A stretch of 64,000 nucleotides of DNA from Candidatus Latescibacterota bacterium (GTDB taxonomy: Bacteria > Latescibacterota > UBA2968 > GCA-2709665): NCBI GenBank assembly GCA_965208835.1, contig OZ242358.1, forward strand, positions 3,136,001 to 3,200,000, in the 5' to 3' direction. Under the pieces are notes generated by a model. That model saw nothing but the letters and a program-made list of their open reading frames with translations. It had not been told where the DNA came from and ran no database searches. Position numbers and translations under genes: made by a program. Positions 37,781-46,423 of the stretch are shown here, in pieces (the stretch's first letter is position 1; every line of letters starts with the position of its first letter).

Positions 37781-39064
37781 CTATAAAAGCTGTTGATGTT
37801 GAAGCACGACCTTCCTGAACGCCGCCGCGAACTGATCGATGAACGCGTCCGCGGCCTGGATATGCCCCGGATAGGACAACACCCGCCCGCGGATGGCTTC
37901 CGAAACCGGCAAATCTCCCTCGCGATAGCGGGGCAGAGGCACATTTGCCGGTCCGTCGTGACCCGCTCCCCAGAGTCCGGGAAGATCCTTTGTATAGATG
38001 GACCGAAGATGTTCCATGTGGCCCACGCCCGGGCCGTTCAGGGGCGCGCCCTCGGCCCTCATAGCCGCCACGAACCGGGCCGCGGGCAATCCGCCCAGCG
38101 CTTCCGGCTCGTAGATGAACTTGATCCCTCCGTAGAGTTCCACACCCCTGGCTTTCCTGTAGTTGCAGACAGGCCGGATTCCCGGCAGTCCCTCGATCTT
38201 TCGAAACAGGGACTCCCGGTTGGCTTCAAACCGGTCCATCCGATCGGGTAGGTGCTCAAGGGAGACCAGGCCGATTGCCATGGCCAGTGGATGCGGCCGC
38301 CATTTCCATCCCAGAAGCTGCGGTTCCAGCTCGCGGTAAACCGGGTTCGTGAGCTCCTGCACCGCGCCCGGCCGGTGCAGGTGGCAGTAAATCAACGCGC
38401 GCTCGTACAACTCGCGGTCGTTCGTCGCCACGATGCCCGCCTCGCCGCCCGCTACCGGCTTGCCCCCGGGGGTGGAACCCTGCATACTGAAGCACGCGAT
38501 ATGCCCCAGATTGCCGATTTTCACCCCGTCCCACTCGCTGCCGTGCGCGTGAGCCGCGTCTTCCACGACCACCAGTCCGCGGTCTTCAGCCAGGGCCAGC
38601 AGCCGGTCCATATCGCACACCCGGCCGCAGGAGTGGATCGGCGAGAGCACACGGGTCCGGTCCGTGATCCGCTGCGCCGCGTCGTCCGGGTCCATCAACA
38701 GCGTCTCCGGATCGATCTCGCAGAACACGGGTGTCGCGCCCATATGCAGCGCGCCCGCGTAGCTGCCAATATAACCGACTGACGTTGTGATGAATTCATC
38801 GCCAGCGCCCAGACCCGCCGCGAAGAATCCACTGGCGAGTGCCGTATGCCCGTGGCTGGTCGTGAGAACGTACTTGCAACCGACGTACTCCGCGAACCGT
38901 TCCTCGAATTCCTTCGGAACCCCCGATCCCGATCCGGAGAGATAACCCTCGTCGATCAGGGCGCAGACCGCGGCTTTTTCCGCCTCCACGGGTCGACGCC
39001 ACTGCTCCCCACTATCGGCCGTAATCGCTTTTTCGCCACCAAGAATCGCGAGTTCCCCGGTCAT
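37781..39064 (-). CDS. DegT/DnrJ/EryC1/StrS PLP aminotransferase
   Basis: ELAILGG, GHTAL, GATPVFCEID, EDAAHAHG, SMQG...KPVAGGEAG. Confidence 0.9.
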   Translation of the reverse strand: MTGELAILGGEKAITADSGEQWRRPVEAEKAAVCALIDEGYLSGSGSGVPKEFEERFAEYVGCKYVLTTSHGHTALASGFFAAGLGAGDEFITTSVGYIGSYAGALHMGATPVFCEIDPETLLMDPDDAAQRITDRTRVLSPIHSCGRVCDMDRLLALAEDRGLVVVEDAAHAHGSEWDGVKIGNLGHIACFSMQGSTPGGKPVAGGEAGIVATNDRELYERALIYCHLHRPGAVQELTNPVYRELEPQLLGWKWRPHPLAMAIGLVSLEHLPDRMDRFEANRESLFRKIEGLPGIRPVCNYRKARGVELYGGIKFIYEPEALGGLPAARFVAAMRAEGAPLNGPGVGHMEHLRSIYTKDLPGLWGAGHDGPANVPLPRYREGDLPVSEAIRGRVLSYPGHIQAADAFIDQFAAAFRKVVLQHQQLL

Positions 39065-39164
39065 CTTCGATCTCCTCAGATTGCGAACCCCGCGCCGAAG
39101 CTCGCTTCGGGCGGGGCCCTTTCTCCACCGATGCGCCCGGACGACGGTTTCAGGCGACTGTACG

Positions 39165-40019
39165 CTACGGCGCGACGGCCTCCTCGCCAACGTGTTCCCG
39201 GATCCAGCCCTTGAGCGGCACGTCCGCGTCCGTCGGCGACGTATATCCCATCCCCCCGGTACTTTCGCCGAGCAACTGCCGCTGAACCGGATCACATCGC
39301 TCCATGCAATGGTCAACCGTCATATTGTCCCGGGGCCTGAGCCAGCGGTAACTGTACCCGTAGAACAGCACTTTCCGCGTCAACTCCGAATGATTCCTCC
39401 CGGCCGCGTGCCAGAGGCGGCGATCGAAGAACACCGCCGTGCCCGCCGCAGCCAGAACGGGGGTCATTTCGGGCGGGTCGGACGCGCCGTCGTCCGGAAA
39501 GTCAAGCCGGTTTTTCAGGTGGCTTCCGGGAACAATGTGGAAATTTCCGCGGTCCGGCTCCGTCGTATCGGACAGAAAATAGGCGACCTTGAGGGAGACC
39601 CGCGGCCGGGGCGTGGCGTCCAGTTCGATATTCAGGCGCCCGCTGTCCTGGTGCAGACCCAATCGCCCGCTATATCTGCGTTTGTCCGCCGGTTCCGGCG
39701 GGGTGACAATCAGATGGGAGTGGTAAAGCTGGATATTCCACCCGAGAATTCCCCATACCTTGGCGAACGTGACCGGCCAGTCCAGCAATGCCAGAAACTC
39801 GTCGTCGAGCCCCACGAAGTCCGTCAGATTCATGCGTTCGCCGGGACCCAGTCCGTTTTCGGCAAGATAGGTCTCGTACACCCTGTCGACCACGCGGTTC
39901 AACGTGGAGACCCGCTCGGGCGGAATCGCATCTTCGATCATCAAGAACCCGTCGCGCTCGAACTTCGACTTCTCCTCGCTGGTGAGACGGTAATCCAGAC
40001 TTTCGGTATCCATCGTCAT
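39165..40019 (-). CDS. PhyH-family dioxygenase
   Basis: FERDGF, LHQD, VPGSH, AGTAVFFDRRLWH...N...R. Confidence 0.9.
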   Translation of the reverse strand: MTMDTESLDYRLTSEEKSKFERDGFLMIEDAIPPERVSTLNRVVDRVYETYLAENGLGPGERMNLTDFVGLDDEFLALLDWPVTFAKVWGILGWNIQLYHSHLIVTPPEPADKRRYSGRLGLHQDSGRLNIELDATPRPRVSLKVAYFLSDTTEPDRGNFHIVPGSHLKNRLDFPDDGASDPPEMTPVLAAAGTAVFFDRRLWHAAGRNHSELTRKVLFYGYSYRWLRPRDNMTVDHCMERCDPVQRQLLGESTGGMGYTSPTDADVPLKGWIREHVGEEAVAP

Positions 40020-40068
40020 TCCTCCCGGGAGCCTATGTCCGTCAGCCGGACGAGGCTACCCCAGACCG

Positions 40069-41334
40069 TTAGAGCGTGGACCCCAACCCCATGGCGTGGG
40101 GGTTGTCTATTCGATGCATCCCGTCCACGGGCTCGAAAATACCCGCCAGGCGTGGCAGCCATTCGGCGTTGGCATCGGGCGTAAATTGAGGGGAGTTGAT
40201 TTCCACGCCGTTGACCATGGGCACGTGCGCCGCGAAGAGCGCGGCGTGGATTGCCGCGAATCCGGGATTGGTCAGATCCTGAAGCGCGAGACGCATCCCG
40301 TTTTCCCTCGCCCACGCGGCTGCCAGAAGTGCGAAGCTGTGTCCCTTGCAGGTCTTCAGGGCAAGACCGTTCCAACCCTGGCTCTTCGCTTCCGGTAACA
40401 ATTCCAGGCTGGTGAGGCCCTCGTCCAGAAACACCGGCTTGAGCCGGGTCACCGCCCGCCAGTCCTGCGGATGCAGCAGGATATCCCGGCCCGTGGGCTG
40501 TTCCAGGTACCTCAGCGCCCGAAAGGCCTCGCTGTCCTCGGCCCTGAGCCGCTCCAGGTAGTCCAGTACACTCTCTGCATCCGGATTGGCTTCATTGCTG
40601 TCCGCCGTCAACGCGGGGTCGTCTACGCCGTGCCCGCGAAGGGCGCGGTACACCTCGACGGTCCTGGCCGCGTCGGCAGCGTTGTCCTTCCCTAGAATCT
40701 TCAGCTTGAAGCCGCGATACCCGTGATCCCTGATGACTTGAGCGAGAGCCGTGCCCAGGTCGTCGGCGCTTCCCACGACCCACCAGGCACGCAGGCTCGG
40801 ATTGGGAGAATGAAACAGACGCTGAATCGCCGCGCATGCGCCGCCGCCCGAAAAGAGACCGTCCACGTCGGGGAACTGCGCGGCACCGGCGTAGAAGCGG
40901 AATGCGGAGCGTCCGGTCGCGATGCCGACCGCGTCGTGGATCGCGGCGTCGAACGGACTGGCGCACATCGCGCGTGCAAGGGCCGGAGGCGAAGATTCAC
41001 CGGCAACCGACTCGTGAAGCCTGAGGCCCAGTGCCAGCGGGTGCGCGGGCTCGCCGCCGCAGTGCGCGTACAGTCCGCGCGCAACGTCCTCACAGAAACC
41101 GCGCAGGGCCGCATCACGAGACTCATGTGTCAGCGAAGCATCCGGCCAGGCCCAGACGTCGCTGAGATAGATCGAACCCCTGCCCCTGCCTTCGCGCCCG
41201 GCCACGCGGACCGTGACCGCCGCACGGGCTTCGGTGAGCTCCGAAATCAGCCCGGAACTCAGGTGGAGCGGCGTCTTCAGTTTCCGGGGAATGAACGCGA
41301 TATCGGCGTCCAGGACCTCGGTGTTCAAGTCCAT
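40069..41334 (-). CDS. Enolase-superfamily (mandelate racemase/muconate lactonizing-like) enzyme
   Basis: SPFDAAIHDA, FKLKI, DSNE, YLEQP, LDE, ALKTCKG, QDLTNP. Confidence 0.82.
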   Translation of the reverse strand: MDLNTEVLDADIAFIPRKLKTPLHLSSGLISELTEARAAVTVRVAGREGRGRGSIYLSDVWAWPDASLTHESRDAALRGFCEDVARGLYAHCGGEPAHPLALGLRLHESVAGESSPPALARAMCASPFDAAIHDAVGIATGRSAFRFYAGAAQFPDVDGLFSGGGACAAIQRLFHSPNPSLRAWWVVGSADDLGTALAQVIRDHGYRGFKLKILGKDNAADAARTVEVYRALRGHGVDDPALTADSNEANPDAESVLDYLERLRAEDSEAFRALRYLEQPTGRDILLHPQDWRAVTRLKPVFLDEGLTSLELLPEAKSQGWNGLALKTCKGHSFALLAAAWARENGMRLALQDLTNPGFAAIHAALFAAHVPMVNGVEINSPQFTPDANAEWLPRLAGIFEPVDGMHRIDNPHAMGLGSTL

Positions 41335-41377
41335 AGCAGACCCGTGTCCTGTCCCGGGACGGCGCGGGAGCCGTTTT

Positions 41378-42370
41378 TCAGTCGAATTCCGAGACCAGGA
41401 CAGATTCGTTCCGCTCCGCGCTCTGCTTGGCCGCTTCGATGACAGCCATCGTATGCCGCACCGACCGGCCGCTTGCATCGGGCGTCTTTCCCTCCCGGCA
41501 GCAGTCGGCGAACTCGCGAATCTGATTCTGCATCCCGTTTCCCGGCTCGCCGACATCCACCTCCGTGCCGTTGAGCATCAGCCGCCCATGGGTGAACGAC
41601 ATCGATCCCAGGCTTCCCATGATATACTGGTCGTGCGACCCGGAATGGCAGACAACGGACTGTGACAGCACGCTGACCGCGCCGTTGGCGTGGTTCATGA
41701 CCGCCGTGTAGGAGTCCTTCTGTCCGCGGTAGCGCTCCGTACTCTCCGTTCCCTGGGCGAAGACCCTGACGACGGGCGAATCCATGTACCAGTGCAGGAT
41801 ATCGTACTCGTGCGGTCCGAAACAGTACAACACGCAGATACCCCCGGTCTCCAGATTCAGGTACCAGTGGGTATCCTGTCCCGGCACGGGCGCGGGATTG
41901 AAGTTCCCCAGCCGCCGTCTGAGCAGGTGACCCACCTGGCCGATCACGCCATCGGCGATGAGCTGTTTCACTTTGCGGCTGACCGGATAGTAGCGCATGA
42001 CCTGACCGACCATCAGGACGCGATTCGCGCTTTCGCACGCAGCGATCATCCGGTCGCACTCTTCGAGCGTCAGCGCCATCGGCTTCTCCACCAGGACGTG
42101 TTTCCCGGCTTCCGCGGCGGCCACCACCTGCGCGCCGTGCTGGTTGTGGGGCGTGCACACGTGGACCGCTTCGACATCCGGATCGTCCAGCATCGCGTCC
42201 AGGTCGGTATACGCCCGGGCGCCGAATTCCGCCGCGGCCGCCTCCGCGGGATCCGCGAAGATGTCCATCACGGCCGCCGTTCTGATGTTTTCGACCTCCG
42301 CGATCGCACGCATATGAGAATGCGCAATCCCGCCGGCACCTACCATACCCACGGATAATACGTCGCCCAT
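41378..42370 (-). CDS. Gfo/Idh/MocA oxidoreductase
   Basis: VGAGGIA, AGKHVLVEKP, GQVMRY, HEYD. Confidence 0.92.
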   Translation of the reverse strand: MGDVLSVGMVGAGGIAHSHMRAIAEVENIRTAAVMDIFADPAEAAAAEFGARAYTDLDAMLDDPDVEAVHVCTPHNQHGAQVVAAAEAGKHVLVEKPMALTLEECDRMIAACESANRVLMVGQVMRYYPVSRKVKQLIADGVIGQVGHLLRRRLGNFNPAPVPGQDTHWYLNLETGGICVLYCFGPHEYDILHWYMDSPVVRVFAQGTESTERYRGQKDSYTAVMNHANGAVSVLSQSVVCHSGSHDQYIMGSLGSMSFTHGRLMLNGTEVDVGEPGNGMQNQIREFADCCREGKTPDASGRSVRHTMAVIEAAKQSAERNESVLVSEFD

Positions 42371-42402
42371 TTCATCCCTCCTGAAGTGCCCGCCAGCGAC
42401 AC

Positions 42403-43260
42403 TCAAAGCACCATCTTCTTCTCCGACGGTTCCAGGTTGTCGTAATTCCAGAGTTGCCTGCCCGCGACGACTTTCTTCAAGTTGCCCGCTCCGTCCGGGG
42501 CCTCGAGGCCGTACAGTCCCAGCTTGCGGTCCAGCCAGGCGACCTCGAGATCCGTCAGTTCCGCGCGAACGGCGTCCACACCCAGCGATTTTATGCTCCC
42601 GCCGACGTAGATCGTGCCGTCGTACATCGAATCACCGAGATTCTCGTCGGCGTCTCCCAGGACGATCATCCGCCCGCGCTGCATCATGAATCCGGAGAGC
42701 ATTCCCGTTCGCCCGGCCACCAGGATGGTTCCGCCCTTCATGTTGATGCCGGTACGTCCCCCGACGTCTCCCTTGCAGACCAGGTCGCCGCCCCGCAGCG
42801 CTGCGCCGAAAGACGACCCCGCGTTCTTTTCCACAACCACGGTGCCCGCCATCATGTTTTCCGCGCACGACCAGCCCACGCGCCCCCTGATCCTCACGTT
42901 CGGCCCGTCGATGAGACCCACGGCGAAATACCCCAGAGACCCTTCGAAATCCAGTTTCAGCCGATTCAGAATTCCGGAACCGAGCGAGTGCTTGGCGTTC
43001 GGATTCCGCACCACGACGTGGCCGCAGCCGGCTTCCATCAGTTGCCTGATCTTCCGGTTCACGTCCCTGATCGACATGGGCGCCGCATCGAATTCCTCGC
43101 ACCTGCCGAAGTCCACCTTCAGCGATCCCGGGTTCACCAGTCCCGCACCCTCTTCGGCACGAAAGAAGACCCGGTTCGTCCGATTCGCAAGCGGCTCGTC
43201 GTGCAGGCCCATCGCGTACGACCGGTGCGTCTTTTCGCGGTCCGAGTCTAGTTTCGCCAT
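42403..43260 (-). CDS. GXGXG-domain glutamate synthase-like subunit, copy 2 (GlxC/MgsB-like, N-terminally extended)
   Basis: HSLGSG, GSLGYF, AENMMAG, GFMMQRG, LGDSMYDG, RQLWNYD. Confidence 0.85.
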   Translation of the reverse strand: MAKLDSDREKTHRSYAMGLHDEPLANRTNRVFFRAEEGAGLVNPGSLKVDFGRCEEFDAAPMSIRDVNRKIRQLMEAGCGHVVVRNPNAKHSLGSGILNRLKLDFEGSLGYFAVGLIDGPNVRIRGRVGWSCAENMMAGTVVVEKNAGSSFGAALRGGDLVCKGDVGGRTGINMKGGTILVAGRTGMLSGFMMQRGRMIVLGDADENLGDSMYDGTIYVGGSIKSLGVDAVRAELTDLEVAWLDRKLGLYGLEAPDGAGNLKKVVAGRQLWNYDNLEPSEKKMVL

Positions 43261-44183
43261 ACCCGCACTTCTCCCGCGTAAGGGTCCACGGTCTCAATTT
43301 CCTGAGGCATTACCATCCTGATCGCCACCTCCTCGGAAGCGAGCAGGGTTTCCTCTTCCCCTTCGTAGAGTACCATCGGCTTGGCCGCCATGGTATCCTT
43401 GGCCATTCCCAGGCTGTCCGTTGTCGCCACCAGATACGTGAAGACGCCGTCCAGCTCCCGTACGGATTTCACCATCGCGTCCTCAAGCGAAACCGAGCGA
43501 TCCAGGCTGTCCGCGATATAGACCGCGATCAGTTCCGAATCGCAATCCGACACGAAGCGATGCCCCCGACGCTCCAGATCGCGGCGCATCGACCAGTAGT
43601 TGGTCAGCTGGCCGTTGTGGACGACGGAGATATCACCGAACGGATACGCCCAGTACGGGTGCGCGGAACGAATGTCCACGTCGGACTCCGTGGCCATACG
43701 TACGTGCCCGATGGCGTGCGTGCCCACAAAAGTGCCCATGCCGTACTGCTCGCTCACCTCGTTGGCGTCGCCCAGGTCCTTGACGAGTTCCAATGCGCTG
43801 CCTATGGACAGAATCTCAACGCCCTCCGCGTCTTCAATGAAATCCGCGAACCTGCGCAGGTCTCCATCGTATCTCACGCGGTACAGGAACGCGTACTCCG
43901 TCGGCTGATCCGAGGCGAGCACTTCGCCGCCGAGAGACACGATGCGTTCATCCACCTCCGCTTTACGCTGCACGATCTGATCTCTGATCTCGAAGCCGGA
44001 CTCCAGGTCCTCCTTTTCCGCCACCTTGAACCGCATCGCCAGAGTCCCGGCCGACGGCTCTCCGTACAGCGCAAAACCCGTGGAGTCCGGCCCCCTGTGC
44101 TTCATCGCCTGAAGCATCATGGTCATTTCGTTCCCGATCCGACCGGCCCTGTTCCGGTGGATAATCCCCGCGATACCGCACAT
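43248..44183 (-). CDS. Class II glutamine amidotransferase, copy 2 (GlxB/MgsA-like)
   Basis: MCGIAG, HRGPDSTG, GHVRMATES, HNGQLTNY, DSE, LDGVFTY. Confidence 0.88.
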   Translation of the reverse strand: MCGIAGIIHRNRAGRIGNEMTMMLQAMKHRGPDSTGFALYGEPSAGTLAMRFKVAEKEDLESGFEIRDQIVQRKAEVDERIVSLGGEVLASDQPTEYAFLYRVRYDGDLRRFADFIEDAEGVEILSIGSALELVKDLGDANEVSEQYGMGTFVGTHAIGHVRMATESDVDIRSAHPYWAYPFGDISVVHNGQLTNYWSMRRDLERRGHRFVSDCDSELIAVYIADSLDRSVSLEDAMVKSVRELDGVFTYLVATTDSLGMAKDTMAAKPMVLYEGEEETLLASEEVAIRMVMPQEIETVDPYAGEVRVWRN

Positions 44184-44205
44184 AAGCACCTCGCTTCCGC
44201 CACGA

Positions 44206-45687
44206 CTACGGCAGACAATCCCAGTAGGTCTCCAGGTCCCAGTCGGTTACCGTTGCCAGAAACCGTTCCCACTCGTCCCGCTTGTAGTGCATGTAGACCT
44301 CGTACATCTCGCCTGGAAGCGACGAGCGGATCACCTCGTCCTGCTCCAGCTTATCGAGCGCATCGCCCAACGTGGTCGGCAGCTTGGTAACCTCTTTGCC
44401 TTCTTCGATCGCCTCGTAAATATTGCGGTGTTCGGGCTGGCCGGGGTCCAGGTCCCGGCGTATGCCGTCGTCAAACGCCTTCAGTAACGCGCCTGCCATG
44501 AGATAGGGGTTCACCATCGCGTCCACCGCACGGTATTCGAACCGCCCGGGGCCGGAGACCCGGAGCCCGCAGGTCCGGTTCTGATACCCCCAATCGGAGT
44601 AGACGGGCGCCCAGAACCCCGTCTCCCACAACCGCCGGTACGAATTCACCGTGGAACATCCAATGGCTGTGAGCGCGGGTAGATGTTCGATTACGCCGCC
44701 GATGCACCTCAGGCCCGTGGGAGCCGGCTCCCGCCTTCCCGGAAGGGGATCGAACATATTCTCGCCGCCTTCCCGATGCGTGAAGACGCCCTCCATGCCG
44801 GGCAGTGATTCGTTCCCCAGCGGCTTCAGCACGTCGTCTCCCCCGCGCCATAGCGAGAGATTGTGGTGGCAACCCGATGCAGAGACGCCCATGAAGGGCT
44901 TACACATGAAACATGCAATCAGATCGTGCTCCCGGGCGACCTGGGCGCAAATCTGCCGGTACGTGGTTAGCCTGTCGCACGTGGCGAGCGCGTCGTCGAA
45001 GGTGAAGTTCAATTCCAGCTGACCCGGTGCGTCCTCGTGGTCTCCCTGGATCATGTCAAGGCCCATCGCACGGCCGTATTCGATCACCTTCATGACCACG
45101 GGCCTCAGGGACTCGAACTGATCGATATGGTAGCAGTAGGGCTTGCTGAAACCGTCCGCGGGTTTGCCGTCGGGGCCCTTCTGCAGCCACATCATCTCCG
45201 GTTCGGCGCCGTGGCGCATGTGCATCCCGTCGTGGTCCCGCGTGAACTGCTCGTGGATGCGCCTGAGATTGCCCCTGCAGTCGGCGGAAAGGGTGCCTCC
45301 GGGATTCTCCATCTCGTCCCGGTTGCGAAAGAGCGTACAGAAGACCCGCGCCAGGCGCCTGTCCCACGGCAGCTGAACGAAGGTCTCCGGATCGGGAATT
45401 CCCACGAGTTCCGACGCCTCCGGACCGTATCCGATATAGTTGTCGTACCGGTCCATGAACAGGTTTGCGGTCGCCCCATACACAAGCTGGAATCCGCGTT
45501 CCGCGGTCCGTTCCCAGTGGTCCGCCGGAATGCCCTTGCCCACCACCCGGCCCGTCACCGAAATAAACTGGTAATAGATATAGGTGATTCCAAGCGCGTC
45601 GATCTTTTCTCGCACCTGGCGCACCTGCTCGTCCCGGCCGTCGGCCCTGACGTAGGCTTCCAGATCCGTTGCAGCCTGATTCGACAT
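44206..45687 (-). CDS. Glutamine synthetase-like protein (possible gamma-glutamyl-amine ligase)
   Basis: EPE, HEDAPGQLELN, KPFMG.SASGCHHNLS, VNSYRRL, WAP...NRTC.LR, EYR..D...NPY. Confidence 0.88.
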   Translation of the reverse strand: MSNQAATDLEAYVRADGRDEQVRQVREKIDALGITYIYYQFISVTGRVVGKGIPADHWERTAERGFQLVYGATANLFMDRYDNYIGYGPEASELVGIPDPETFVQLPWDRRLARVFCTLFRNRDEMENPGGTLSADCRGNLRRIHEQFTRDHDGMHMRHGAEPEMMWLQKGPDGKPADGFSKPYCYHIDQFESLRPVVMKVIEYGRAMGLDMIQGDHEDAPGQLELNFTFDDALATCDRLTTYRQICAQVAREHDLIACFMCKPFMGVSASGCHHNLSLWRGGDDVLKPLGNESLPGMEGVFTHREGGENMFDPLPGRREPAPTGLRCIGGVIEHLPALTAIGCSTVNSYRRLWETGFWAPVYSDWGYQNRTCGLRVSGPGRFEYRAVDAMVNPYLMAGALLKAFDDGIRRDLDPGQPEHRNIYEAIEEGKEVTKLPTTLGDALDKLEQDEVIRSSLPGEMYEVYMHYKRDEWERFLATVTDWDLETYWDCLP

Positions 45688-45727
45688 AGACGACCCTTCC
45701 TCTCTTCAATTGGCGCTTCCCGTTTTC

Positions 45728-46423
45728 CTATGCCCGGCGTTCTGTCCCGGACTCCAGGGCCCGGATGGCGTTCAGGCCGACCGGCGCTATCTGCAGATCA
45801 GCTCCGGCATCCATCAGGATCTCCCACAGATACGCTGCCAGAGACCGCGCACCGAGGACCGAAAAGGCCGGCAGATCGACGGCATCCCGTCGAATGACGA
45901 GTTGTGTCGTCCTGGCGACGCTGGTCTGTTTCGCGGCGCCGTCCGGAAATGCGGCGTCGGAGAAATCCAGCCCGCACACCCTGCTCATCAGGGATGGCGA
46001 GTATGGTCCCAGAACGCGGATTTCGGACCACGCGTGGGTCAGATTCGTTACGGTAACGAACCTGTCCGAAGCCCGGTCCACGAGCGTCCTGCGGACGGCG
46101 ACATCCCGGCCCGGGGACGTTAGGACAAAAAAACAGTCGCCGCGAAGCCGGTACACGCGTTCCGACCCGACCACCGCGCCGCCGCCGATTTCCAACTCCA
46201 GCGACTCCCACGACGCGTCGGCTTCCTCTCCCTCGACCCGGATCTTGCCGTTTGCCGTCTCATCGGCCAGTGCCGCGCCGCGTCCGGCGGCTGAAATCTC
46301 CGCATCCGGCGTGGAATACGCCTCCGGAATCCGCCATCCGGAAGATTCCGTAAATTGCGCCCCGAGGTCCCGCGCCGTTTCGTGAAGTGGCGACAATTTC
46401 ACCGGCGCCGCCCGCGCATTCAC
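45728..46423 (-). CDS. soxG: Sarcosine oxidase gamma / MgdD-like subunit (GcvT-like)
   Basis: LSPLHE...GW..P, CGLD, QTSVA, RSLAAYLW..L.DAG. GTGA overlap with the alpha-subunit stop. Confidence 0.8.
   Translation of the reverse strand: MNARAAPVKLSPLHETARDLGAQFTESSGWRIPEAYSTPDAEISAAGRGAALADETANGKIRVEGEEADASWESLELEIGGGAVVGSERVYRLRGDCFFVLTSPGRDVAVRRTLVDRASDRFVTVTNLTHAWSEIRVLGPYSPSLMSRVCGLDFSDAAFPDGAAKQTSVARTTQLVIRRDAVDLPAFSVLGARSLAAYLWEILMDAGADLQIAPVGLNAIRALESGTERRA

Noticed and set aside
39065-39316. Extended starts of DegT (39316), enolase (41556), soxG (46549) and glxB1 (54264)
   Set aside because: They overlap upstream genes or the terminator. Family motifs and RBS support the shorter starts.
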